The notes: generated by a model from the letters alone, not told the origin. Counted from the stretch's first letter, positions 1 to 8,551 are shown. The stretch is 31,020 bases of DNA from Escherichia coli (GCF_003334315.1 NZ_QOWR01000054.1); one strand, 5' to 3'. A program made the numbers and translations.

Positions 1-218
1 TTTTTCGTCTTGCGACGTTAAGAATCCGTATCTTCGAGTGCCCACACAGATTGTCTGATAAATTGTTAAAGAGCAGTTGCGACGCGGCTTTCAGCTCACT
101 GTCGCGAGGTGGCGTATATTACGCTTTCCTCTTTCAGAGTCAACCCTGAATTTCAGGATTTTTCTCTTCAACCGAACCGGCTGTTTGTGTGAAGTGATTC
201 ACATCCGCCGTGTCGATG
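1..218 (-). promoter_or_regulatory. rrnE: rRNA operon leader (rrnE-type), 5' portion of the leader transcript with antitermination boxA/boxC; 16S rRNA gene itself lies beyond the window start
   Basis: Reverse complement of 1-100 reads ...TGCTCTTTAACAATTTATCAGACAATCTGTGTGGGCACTCGAAGATACGGATTCTTAACGTCGCAAGACGAAAAA, which I recognise as the conserved rrn leader; boxA (TGCTCTTTAACAA) is the reverse complement of about 63-75. Position upstream of divergent purH fits rrnE. Confidence 0.8.
108..143 (-). promoter_or_regulatory. rrnE: rrn P2 promoter
   Basis: On the minus strand: -35 TTGACT (rc of 138-143), 16-nt spacer, -10 TAATAT (rc of 116-121), followed by a GC-rich discriminator (ACGCCACC) typical of stringently controlled rRNA promoters. 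Confidence 0.7.
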
Positions 219-275
219 GAGGCGCATTATAGGGAGTTCTCCGCAGGCCGCAATAGAAAAATTGCAGAAAAATAA
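218..275 (-). promoter_or_regulatory. rrnE: rrn P1 promoter with AT-rich UP element
   Basis: On the minus strand: -35 TTGCGG (rc of 248-253), 16-nt spacer, -10 TATAAT (rc of 226-231), GCGCC discriminator, and an A/T-rich tract (254-275) immediately upstream in the UP-element position. Confidence 0.6.
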
Positions 276-424
276 CTGACTGCTGCATTCCCCAGCAAAA
301 CCCCGCTTTATACCTTTTTACGCACAGAGTTATCCACAATCATCAATGTAATTTCTGTATTTTTCCCACGGTAACCACTGTCAAAATTGTGATCACCATT
401 GAAAGAGAAAAATTCGCGAGCGTT

Positions 425-440
425 GCGCAAACGTTTTCGT
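425..440. promoter_or_regulatory. PurR operator (pur box) in the purHD promoter region
   Basis: GCGCAAACGTTTTCGT matches the pur-box consensus (ACGCAAACGTTTNCNT) at 15 of 16 positions; it sits about 110 bp upstream of the purH start and is followed by a TACAAT -10-like hexamer (441-446). Confidence 0.6.
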
Positions 441-547
441 TACAATGCGGGCGAAAAATAAGGATGCCCCGTTAGGGGCGTTAGCTGAGTTTTTCGCGAA
501 AAATTCAGCTAACGCTCTCTGTAATAGTCAAATCCAGGGGATTTACC

Positions 548-2137
548 ATGCAACAACGTCGTCCAGTCCGCCGCGCTCTGCTCAGTGTTTCTGACAAAGC
601 CGGTATCGTCGAATTCGCCCAGGCACTTTCCGCACGCGGTGTGGAGCTGCTGTCTACAGGGGGCACTGCCCGTCTGTTAGCAGAAAAAGGTCTGCCGGTA
701 ACCGAAGTTTCCGATTACACCGGTTTCCCGGAGATGATGGATGGACGCGTGAAGACCCTGCATCCGAAAGTACATGGTGGCATTCTGGGCCGTCGCGGCC
801 AGGACGATGCCATTATGGAAGAACATCAGATCCAGCCTATCGATATGGTGGTTGTTAACCTGTATCCGTTCGCCCAGACCGTGGCCCGTGAAGGTTGCTC
901 GCTGGAAGATGCGGTTGAGAACATCGATATCGGCGGCCCAACGATGGTGCGCTCCGCCGCCAAGAACCATAAAGATGTCGCAATCGTGGTGAAGAGCAGC
1001 GACTATGACGCCATTATTAAAGAGATGGATGACAACGAAGGATCGCTGACGCTTGCAACCCGTTTCGACCTCGCCATCAAAGCCTTCGAACACACTGCCG
1101 CCTACGACAGCATGATTGCCAACTACTTCGGCAGCATGGTTCCGGCTTACCACGGTGAAAGCAAAGAAGCCGCCGGTCGCTTCCCACGCACGCTGAACCT
1201 GAACTTCATTAAGAAGCTGGATATGCGTTACGGCGAGAACAGCCACCAGCAGGCTGCCTTCTATATAGAAGAGAATGTGAAAGAAGCCTCCGTTGCTACC
1301 GCAACCCAGGTTCAGGGTAAAGCCCTCTCTTATAACAACATCGCCGATACCGATGCGGCGCTGGAGTGCGTGAAAGAGTTCGCCGAGCCGGCATGTGTGA
1401 TTGTGAAGCACGCCAACCCTTGCGGCGTGGCTATCGGCAATTCCATTCTTGATGCTTACGATCGCGCGTACAAAACCGACCCAACCTCCGCATTCGGCGG
1501 CATCATTGCCTTTAACCGCGAGCTGGATGCGGAAACCGCACAGGCCATCATTTCTCGTCAGTTTGTCGAAGTGATTATTGCGCCGTCCGCCAGCGAAGAA
1601 GCCCTGAAAATCACCGCCGCCAAACAGAACGTACGCGTTCTGACCTGCGGTCAGTGGGGCGAGCGTGTTCCGGGCCTCGATTTCAAACGCGTGAACGGCG
1701 GTCTGCTGGTTCAGGATCGTGACCTGGGGATGGTCGGTGCGGAAGAACTGCGCGTGGTGACCAAACGTCAGCCGAGCGAACAGGAACTGCGTGATGCGCT
1801 GTTCTGCTGGAAGGTGGCGAAGTTTGTGAAATCCAACGCTATCGTCTATGCCAAAAACAATATGACTATCGGCATTGGCGCGGGCCAGATGAGCCGCGTG
1901 TACTCCGCAAAAATCGCCGGTATTAAAGCGGCCGATGAAGGCCTGGAAGTGAAAGGTTCCTCGATGGCTTCTGACGCGTTCTTCCCGTTCCGCGACGGTA
2001 TTGATGCCGCCGCCGCTGCGGGCGTGACCTGCGTAATCCAGCCTGGCGGTTCTATCCGTGATGACGAAGTGATTGCCGCCGCCGACGAGCACGGTATTGC
2101 GATGCTCTTCACCGACATGCGCCACTTCCGCCATTAA
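548..2137 (+). CDS. purH: Bifunctional AICAR transformylase / IMP cyclohydrolase
   Basis: 529-aa [26 protein letters not shown]..., recognised as PurH over its full length; immediately followed by purD, the known purHD operon arrangement. Confidence 0.97.
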
Positions 2138-2148
2138 TGGAGCAATAG

Positions 2149-3438
2149 ATGAAAGTATTAGTGATTGGTAACGGCGGGCGCGAGCACGCGCTGGCCTGGA
2201 AAGCGGCGCAGTCGCCGCTGGTTGAAACTGTTTTTGTTGCTCCGGGTAATGCAGGCACTGCGCTGGAACCCGCGCTACAGAACGTCGCTATCGGCGTAAC
2301 CGATATCCCGGCGCTGTTGGATTTCGCACAAAACGAAAAGATTGATCTGACCATCGTCGGCCCGGAAGCGCCGCTGGTGAAAGGCGTGGTCGATACCTTC
2401 CGCGCCGCCGGGCTGAAAATCTTCGGCCCAACCGCAGGTGCGGCCCAACTGGAAGGCTCAAAAGCGTTTACCAAAGATTTCCTGGCCCGCCATAAGATCC
2501 CTACGGCGGAATACCAGAACTTCACCGAGGTAGAACCTGCGCTGGCGTATCTGCGTGAGAAAGGCGCGCCAATCGTCATTAAAGCGGACGGTCTGGCTGC
2601 CGGGAAAGGCGTTATCGTGGCGATGACGCTGGAAGAAGCGGAAGCGGCTGTTCACGATATGCTGGCGGGCAACGCTTTTGGCGACGCGGGTCATCGCATC
2701 GTTATCGAAGAGTTCCTCGATGGCGAAGAAGCGAGCTTTATCGTGATGGTGGACGGAGAGCATGTGCTGCCGATGGCTACCAGCCAGGATCACAAACGCG
2801 TAGGCGATAAAGATACCGGACCAAACACCGGCGGGATGGGCGCTTACTCCCCCGCGCCGGTAGTAACCGATGAAGTTCATCAGCGCACCATGGAACGTAT
2901 CATCTGGCCAACCGTGAAAGGCATGGCGGCGGAAGGCAACACCTACACCGGTTTTCTCTACGCGGGCCTGATGATCGACAAACAGGGCAATCCGAAGGTT
3001 ATCGAATTTAACTGCCGCTTTGGCGATCCGGAAACCCAGCCGATTATGCTGCGCATGAAGTCCGATCTGGTTGAGCTCTGCCTGGCAGCCTGTGAAGGGA
3101 AGCTGGACGAGAAAACATCCGAGTGGGATGAACGCGCTTCTCTCGGCGTGGTGATGGCTGCGGGTGGATATCCGGGCGATTACCGCACCGGTGATGTGAT
3201 CCACGGCCTGCCGCTGGAAGAAGTGGAAGACGGCAAAGTGTTCCATGCAGGCACAAAACTGGCGGATGACGAGCAGGTAGTGACCAGCGGCGGGCGCGTA
3301 CTGTGCGTCACCGCGCTGGGTCATACCGTGGCAGAAGCGCAGAAACGCACTTATGCCTTAATGACCGATATTCACTGGGACGACTGCTTCTGCCGGAAAG
3401 ATATCGGCTGGCGCGCCATCGAACGCGAGCAGAACTAA
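2149..3438 (+). CDS. purD: Phosphoribosylamine-glycine ligase (GAR synthetase)
   Basis: 429-aa ORF MKVLVIGNGGREHALAWKAAQSPL... with ATP-grasp motifs; 11 bp downstream of the purH stop. Confidence 0.97.
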   Translation: MKVLVIGNGGREHALAWKAAQSPLVETVFVAPGNAGTALEPALQNVAIGVTDIPALLDFAQNEKIDLTIVGPEAPLVKGVVDTFRAAGLKIFGPTAGAAQLEGSKAFTKDFLARHKIPTAEYQNFTEVEPALAYLREKGAPIVIKADGLAAGKGVIVAMTLEEAEAAVHDMLAGNAFGDAGHRIVIEEFLDGEEASFIVMVDGEHVLPMATSQDHKRVGDKDTGPNTGGMGAYSPAPVVTDEVHQRTMERIIWPTVKGMAAEGNTYTGFLYAGLMIDKQGNPKVIEFNCRFGDPETQPIMLRMKSDLVELCLAACEGKLDEKTSEWDERASLGVVMAAGGYPGDYRTGDVIHGLPLEEVEDGKVFHAGTKLADDEQVVTSGGRVLCVTALGHTVAEAQKRTYALMTDIHWDDCFCRKDIGWRAIEREQN

Positions 3439-4760
3439 CGCGACAGTTTTGCCAATAGCGTTTTGCGCGTGATCCCTAACTGACGGGCGGCTTCGGTTTT
3501 GTTGCCGCCCGTTTTCTCCAGCGCCGCCAGAATCACCTCTTTTTCCACTTCCACCAACGGCTGAATATCCTGACTTTGTCCCAGCGGGATCGGCGTACTG
3601 GCAATCGCCAGCGGCAGCTCGCGTTCGGAAATATATTCCCCGGTCAGCAGCACCACTGCCCGTTCCACCGCGTTTTCCAGCTCACGAATATTTCCCGGCC
3701 AGTCGTAATGAATCAACAGATCCATCGCCTGGGGCGTAAAACCTTTTACCGCCTTGCGATTACGCTCGGCAAAGCGCTGCAGAAAATGGCCAGCCAGCAG
3801 AGGGATATCTTCCCGCCGTTGCCGCAGCGATGGTACTTCAATCGCCACCACATTCAGGCGATAGTAGAGATCCTGGCGAAAACGCCCGGCATTCACCTCT
3901 GCGGCAAGATCGCGATGGGTCGCCGCAATCAGCCGGACATCAACCGAGATAGTCTGGTTGCTACCGACACGCTGAACTTCGCGCTCCTGAATCGCACGCA
4001 GCAGACGCACCTGCATCATCGGCGAGATATCGCCAATTTCATCGAGAAACAGCGTGCCGCCGTCCGCCTCAACAAAGCGCCCTTCCCGGCGTTTATCGGC
4101 TCCAGTAAACGCCCCTTTTTCGTGACCGAACAATTCAGATTCCAGCAAGGATTCGTTGAGTGCCGCACAGTTGAGCGTTACCAGCGGTTTTTCGCTACGT
4201 GCGCTACTGGCGTGAATCGCCCTGGCGACCAGCTCTTTACCGGTGCCGGAATCGCCGTGGATCAGCACCGTGGCTTCCGATGGCGCGACGAGGGCGATTT
4301 CACTGAGCAGGTGTTGCATCGCCGGGCTTTTACCGACCATACCGAACTGGCTGGCAGTCACCGCAGGTGTTTCAGCATCAATACTGTGCGTATGCGCGAG
4401 CGCCTTTTCCAGCGTCGCCTGTAGGTTATCGAAATCCAGCGGCTTGATGAGATAATCCAGCGCCCCGGTTTTCAGTGCCTCTACCGCCGTCTCGACGCTG
4501 GAGTATGCGGTCATAATCAGTACCGGAATCGCCGGATTTAACGCTTTGATCTCTTTTAGCGTGGCAATGCCGTCCATCTCCGCCATTCGCACATCGCAAA
4601 GCACAAGATCAAAAACTCGCTCCCGCACCTGCTCCAGCGCCTGTCGCCCGCTGTTCGCCAGCGCGACGTTATAGCCCCAGCCGCGCAGTAAAGCCTGCAA
4701 AATAGTGCAGTGGCTAATGTCATCATCCACCACCAGAATATCGATATTATCGTGCGTCAT
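3435..4760 (-). CDS. zraR: Sigma-54-dependent response regulator (bacterial enhancer-binding protein)
   Basis: 441-aa ORF with an N-terminal receiver domain (DILVVDDD...), AAA+ sigma-54 activation domain (GDSGTGKE Walker A, GAFTGA loop) and C-terminal helix-turn-helix; stop overlaps the convergent purD stop. Confidence 0.95.
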   Translation of the reverse strand: MTHDNIDILVVDDDISHCTILQALLRGWGYNVALANSGRQALEQVRERVFDLVLCDVRMAEMDGIATLKEIKALNPAIPVLIMTAYSSVETAVEALKTGALDYLIKPLDFDNLQATLEKALAHTHSIDAETPAVTASQFGMVGKSPAMQHLLSEIALVAPSEATVLIHGDSGTGKELVARAIHASSARSEKPLVTLNCAALNESLLESELFGHEKGAFTGADKRREGRFVEADGGTLFLDEIGDISPMMQVRLLRAIQEREVQRVGSNQTISVDVRLIAATHRDLAAEVNAGRFRQDLYYRLNVVAIEVPSLRQRREDIPLLAGHFLQRFAERNRKAVKGFTPQAMDLLIHYDWPGNIRELENAVERAVVLLTGEYISERELPLAIASTPIPLGQSQDIQPLVEVEKEVILAALEKTGGNKTEAARQLGITRKTLLAKLSR

Positions 4761-6133
4761 CCTTGTGGGTCCTTACGCGTAATATTGACCGGAAGACAGA
4801 GGGTGAACGTTGCGCCTTTTCCCTCCTGGCTTGCGACCTGAATTGTACCACCGTGTTGTTCAACAATATTATGCACGACCGCCAGCCCCAATCCGGTGCC
4901 TTCGGCTTTGGTGGTGAAGTACGGAGTGAAGATGGCTTCAAGCTGACCTGCCGCAATTCCCTTACCGCTGTCGGTAACGCTGATTTTCACGCCCGCGCCG
5001 CTTTCGCTGGCCGTCACGCTAATCACACCATGCTGACCAATCGCCTGAATAGCATTGAGATAGAGATTCAACAGGACCTGAGTCAGCCTGTCTGGGTCGG
5101 CCTGAATTACCGGTAATGTGTCGTTGGTGGTAAAGCGTAACTGGATCTCCCGGCTGTTTGCATCCTGGCTTACCAGCTGTAATGAGTGGTTAATCAGCGT
5201 GTTGAGATCCACCGCCTGCAAAGCCAGATGCGTTGGCTTAACCAGTTCCAGCAACTCGCTTACCACACGGTTTAAACGGTCGGCTTCTTTCGCCATCACC
5301 TGCGCCAATTGATGCGCTTCTCCCCCTGCTGGCGCGCGTTCGGCAAAGTATTTCGCCAGCCCTTTAATTGAGGAAAGTGGATTACGGATTTCGTGGGCAA
5401 CGCCTGCTGCAAGATGCCCCAGTGCCACCAGCTTCTCTTTGCGCTTCATTTCATCCTGCAACAGCTGGCGCGAGCGCAGATAGCGGCGATACCAGAAGAA
5501 TGACAACACGCTTGCCAGCAAGACCGTCGCCAGGGCGAAGAGGATAATCAGGGTGTTTCTCTGCTCACGATCTTCGGCACTCACAATATTACTGGCGTCG
5601 AAAGCGATGAAAATTGCTTGTGGTGTCGCGGCATACTGCTGCATATGGCGCATCCGGTGCATTCCAGCAGCAAACATCGGTTGAAACTGGCGATAAATTT
5701 CCAGAACAGGCTCGCCGTCTGCGCTATCGATCCGCCGCCACGCTTCTTCATCTCCCGGATGTAACTGCTGCATTTCCTGCGGGGAATAAAGCTGTTTTCC
5801 CACCATGCCGGAGTTGCTATGCATCACGATTGTTCCTTGTTCATCCGTGACCGCAAACCAACGTACTCCAGGCTGCCCGGCCATTTCTTCCAGTAAGGCC
5901 TGCTGCTGCGCATGATGCATGCGCATCCCCATGCCGACGCGCGAGCCGGATTCAAGAGCGCGAATAAGTACACTGCCTTTTTCCAGCAGCGTTTGTCTGG
6001 CGGCGGCAGTCTCGCGCCCATAATCGCGAATCACCGTCACCGCAAACAGCCCCACCAGCCCAACAATGACCACGGGGAGGATCGCGCTTAACCATTTAGC
6101 TAAGGAGTCTTTAGAACGTTGCATAAAACGCAT
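4757..6133 (-). CDS. zraS: Sensor histidine kinase of the ZraSR two-component system
   Basis: 458-aa ORF with an N-terminal transmembrane segment, H-box (HEIRNPL) and ATP-binding G-boxes; its stop overlaps the zraR start (ATGA junction). Confidence 0.93.
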   Translation of the reverse strand: MRFMQRSKDSLAKWLSAILPVVIVGLVGLFAVTVIRDYGRETAAARQTLLEKGSVLIRALESGSRVGMGMRMHHAQQQALLEEMAGQPGVRWFAVTDEQGTIVMHSNSGMVGKQLYSPQEMQQLHPGDEEAWRRIDSADGEPVLEIYRQFQPMFAAGMHRMRHMQQYAATPQAIFIAFDASNIVSAEDREQRNTLIILFALATVLLASVLSFFWYRRYLRSRQLLQDEMKRKEKLVALGHLAAGVAHEIRNPLSSIKGLAKYFAERAPAGGEAHQLAQVMAKEADRLNRVVSELLELVKPTHLALQAVDLNTLINHSLQLVSQDANSREIQLRFTTNDTLPVIQADPDRLTQVLLNLYLNAIQAIGQHGVISVTASESGAGVKISVTDSGKGIAAGQLEAIFTPYFTTKAEGTGLGLAVVHNIVEQHGGTIQVASQEGKGATFTLCLPVNITRKDPQG

Positions 6134-6164
6134 CTTCTTCTTTGCCTGCTCATCCCTTTCTGAC

Positions 6165-6180
6165 AGCAGAAATCATGCCA
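6165..6180 (-). promoter_or_regulatory. zraS: Sigma-54 (-24/-12) promoter for zraSR
   Basis: Minus-strand sequence TGGCATGATTTCTGCT (rc of 6165-6180) has GG and GC at the consensus spacing of TGGCAC-N5-TTGCA, about 30 bp upstream of the zraS start. Confidence 0.6.
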
Positions 6181-6231
6181 TCTTTTATCAGCGCTTACCC
6201 TGCGCTGTAACACAAAGGCTTAAGTTTCAAT

Positions 6232-6277
6232 GAGTAAAAATGACTCGCTACCCGCAGCAGGCGAGTCATTTTTACTC
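6232..6277. promoter_or_regulatory. Perfect 17-bp inverted repeat (GAGTAAAAATGACTCGC-N12-GCGAGTCATTTTTACTC), candidate ZraR enhancer site
   Basis: Exact reverse-complement arms read directly from the sequence, centred about 70-90 bp upstream of both divergent sigma-54 promoters, the position expected for an enhancer-binding protein site. Confidence 0.65.
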
Positions 6278-6319
6278 GTTTATCATGCCAGATTACCCGT
6301 CATATCAGCGTTTCATCGT

Positions 6320-6336
6320 TGGCACGGAAGATGCAA
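6320..6336 (+). promoter_or_regulatory. zraP: Sigma-54 (-24/-12) promoter for zraP
   Basis: TGGCACGGAAGATGCAA matches TGGCAC-N5-TTGCA with correct GG/GC spacing; about 35 bp upstream of the zraP ATG, which has a GGAGG ribosome-binding site. Confidence 0.7.
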
Positions 6337-6370
6337 TACCCGAAGTAAGACAACCATCGGAGGATTAACC

Positions 6371-6853
6371 ATGAAACGGAACACGAAAATTGCCCTGGTA
6401 ATGATGGCGCTTTCAGCAATGGCGATGGGCTCGACATCTGCATTTGCTCACGGCGGACACGGTATGTGGCAGCAAAATGCCGCGCCTTTGACCAGCGAAC
6501 AACAGACAGCGTGGCAGAAAATCCATAATGACTTTTACGCTCAAAGCAGCGCACTGCAACAGCAACTGGTGACGAAGCGTTATGAATACAATGCCCTGTT
6601 AGCCGCGAACCCACCGGATAGCAGCAAAATTAACGCGGTCGCCAAAGAGATGGAGAATTTGCGTCAGTCGTTAGATGAGTTACGGGTGAAACGAGATATT
6701 GCGATGGCTGAAGCGGGTATTCCGCGCGGTACACCGGAATGGGTTACGGCGGCTGCGGTGGTGGCGGTCATATGGGTATGGGCCACTGGTAAATCAGAAC
6801 GTTTTCTCGTTGGGTTGCCAGCGACAGAAATCAGAGTTTGCCACCAACAGTAA
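6371..6853 (+). CDS. zraP: Periplasmic zinc-stress protein ZraP (signal peptide plus LTxxQ-type region); C-terminus as read here looks frameshifted
   Basis: Start ATG at 6371 (MKRNTKIALVMMALSAMAMGSTSAFA signal peptide) with a GGAGG RBS. The in-frame reading runs to 6853 with a hydrophobic tail overlapping yjaH, whereas a Gly/His-rich tail MGYGGCGGGGHMGMGHW-stop is encoded in the next frame and ends at 6792. Confidence 0.6.
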   Translation: MKRNTKIALVMMALSAMAMGSTSAFAHGGHGMWQQNAAPLTSEQQTAWQKIHNDFYAQSSALQQQLVTKRYEYNALLAANPPDSSKINAVAKEMENLRQSLDELRVKRDIAMAEAGIPRGTPEWVTAAAVVAVIWVWATGKSERFLVGLPATEIRVCHQQ

Positions 6854-7495
6854 TTGCGAACCTTCGGGCGCTTCCAGCCATGCCACGCTGACATCAACAG
6901 AAGAGCGGCTCTGGCGGCGCTCGATATGCGCTATCGCCTGCGAATCTAAATCAGGTTTAATGGTTTGCCCTTCGCAGGTGGTCACGGTCTGTTCCATCGC
7001 ATGCCAGCGCCCCTGGCGCAGCACGACTCTCCCCTGACGTAAGGCATCGCTAATCTGGCGGATCTGATCAGCACGATAACGGTATAAATCGATTTGGTCG
7101 TTAGAAAGCTGCTGCTTTTCCCCATCGGATTCACGTTGCATAAAGCTCAGATCACCGCGATCGTCAAAACGCGCGCGAATATTCACCGGCGGTTTGCTGT
7201 AAACATTGATATTGATGAGCGTGAGGTTATCGCCCTGCCAGCGATACTCTCGCGTCGTGGTATCGCCACTGCGCCACGGGCTAAACACGGCAAGCAGATG
7301 CACATTATCGCCGCTGTCTTTTCGCCAGATGCGTACCGCGCCCTGGTCTTCAGCAAATCCACTGGCGGTAAAGGGAGGAAGTGAAGAGTTGTGGCTACAG
7401 GCAGTGAGAAACAGCGCACCTGCCAGCATCAATGATCGACGCCAGAAAGACAAAAGGGGTGAAACCACCCCTTCGTTAAAACTGTTCACTGCCAC
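6794..7495 (-). CDS. yjaH: DUF1481-family putative lipoprotein
   Basis: 233-aa ORF with a lipobox-like LTAC motif near the N-terminus; sits immediately downstream of hupA as in E. coli. The exact start is uncertain (true start may be a few codons inside). Confidence 0.85.
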   Translation of the reverse strand: MAVNSFNEGVVSPLLSFWRRSLMLAGALFLTACSHNSSLPPFTASGFAEDQGAVRIWRKDSGDNVHLLAVFSPWRSGDTTTREYRWQGDNLTLININVYSKPPVNIRARFDDRGDLSFMQRESDGEKQQLSNDQIDLYRYRADQIRQISDALRQGRVVLRQGRWHAMEQTVTTCEGQTIKPDLDSQAIAHIERRQSRSSVDVSVAWLEAPEGSQLLLVANSDFCRWQPNEKTF

Positions 7496-7501
7496 GCAAT
7501 C

Positions 7502-7774
7502 TTACTTAACTGCGTCTTTCAGTGCCTTGCCAGAAACAAATGCCGGTACGTTAGCTGCGGCAATTTTGATTTCTTTACCGGTCTGCGGGTTGCGGCCAGT
7601 ACGCTCAGCGCGGTGGTTCACTTTGAAGGTACCGAAACCAACCAGTTGTACAGCATCGCCTTCTTTCAGAGACTCAGTAATTGCAGCCAGAGTGGACTCC
7701 AGAGCAGCTTTAGCCTGGGTTTTGGACAGTTCTGCTTTCTCTGCAATTACATCAATCAGTTGAGTCTTGTTCAT
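7502..7774 (-). CDS. hupA: DNA-binding protein HU-alpha
   Basis: 90-aa [93 protein letters not shown], recognised as HU-alpha. Confidence 0.97.
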
Positions 7775-7960
7775 AAGTTATCCTTACAATGTGTTTATCG
7801 CTTGCTAAGCATCGAGTGCGACGGAAATGCCAGAATAGCACTCTCCTGCATACACGCACCGATAGCCACTTTTTTTCGCCCCCCAAATGTAGACCAGACG
7901 GGGGGCGAAAGGGAAGACTCCAGGTACGACAAATCAGGCGTTAAATCACGTTTTCTGGTC

Positions 7961-8551
7961 TTATTGCTGAAAAATTATACCAATATTGCTCTCACCCGCC
8001 TCACGCAGGTCTGCCCTAAGGCCTTTTATCAGCTCGATATCGCGTTCTTCGCACTCAGCTAAAAGTCGGAATATTTCCCACTGAATGTCCCATTCTTGCT
8101 CTACAGCTGGGTTTTCTTTAAGCTCTTCATCGCTCATTTCGCGACCAGCCTGAGTCATTTCCAGCATCGCAACGGTCGTGATGGAGGTCTTACTCACTTC
8201 CACCGCGTGTTCGAGCGTTTCACCACTCAAACGCGAATGGACCAGTTCACTTAACGCCACGCATGCATCGATTGCCGGATAAACGCCGTACAGATCGAAA
8301 TCGTCGGCTGAAGGAATCGCTTCTTCAAATTTCTCCAGTTGGCTGTCGAAATTTACTTTTGCGTCTTTAACGGTCAGCGTTTCCCAGATGAGATCGAGAA
8401 TGCGACGGTAAATTTGCCCATCACCAAAACCGGTTTGCTGGCAGAACATGGCGTAATTGGGGTACATGCGTTCGCATAAGCAAGCCATGAAAGTGACATG
8501 CTGCCAGCTTTCCAGGCGCTCCAGACGCAGATGAATTGGGTTTTGTAACAT
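7961..8551 (-). CDS. yjaG: DUF416-family protein YjaG
   Basis: 196-aa ORF MLQNPIHLRLERLESWQHVTFMACLCERMYPNY..., recognised as YjaG; position between nfi and hupA matches the known order. Confidence 0.9.
   Translation of the reverse strand: MLQNPIHLRLERLESWQHVTFMACLCERMYPNYAMFCQQTGFGDGQIYRRILDLIWETLTVKDAKVNFDSQLEKFEEAIPSADDFDLYGVYPAIDACVALSELVHSRLSGETLEHAVEVSKTSITTVAMLEMTQAGREMSDEELKENPAVEQEWDIQWEIFRLLAECEERDIELIKGLRADLREAGESNIGIIFQQ

Noticed and set aside
330-338. TTATCCACA read as a functional DnaA box implying a replication-related element
   Set aside because: It is a single isolated nonamer with no cluster of boxes or AT-rich unwinding element. Reported only as a low-interest observation, not as a feature.
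677-2134. 485-aa ORF on the minus strand, antisense to purH
   Set aside because: It is entirely contained within the purH coding sequence on the opposite strand, has no recognisable domain and no RBS context. Long antisense frames are common opposite highly expressed genes. purH itself is unambiguous.
3576-4424. 282-aa plus-strand ORF inside zraR
   Set aside because: Antisense to the AAA+ domain of zraR; no independent evidence for it.
6230-6370. N-terminal extension of the zraP frame (MSKNDSLPAAGESF...) given by the ORF track
   Set aside because: The extension is read straight through the 17-bp inverted repeat and the sigma-54 promoter. The signal peptide and a GGAGG RBS mark the real start at 6371.
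6699-7037. 112-aa plus-strand ORF overlapping the zraP 3' end and yjaH
   Set aside because: An out-of-frame read-through across the convergent zraP/yjaH junction; an Arg/Trp-rich low-complexity translation antisense to yjaH.
7877-7907. GC-rich hairpin between yjaG and hupA called as the yjaG intrinsic terminator
   Set aside because: The oligo-T tract is on the wrong side of the stem for a minus-strand transcript, so it was not annotated as a terminator. It is kept as a finding of unknown function.
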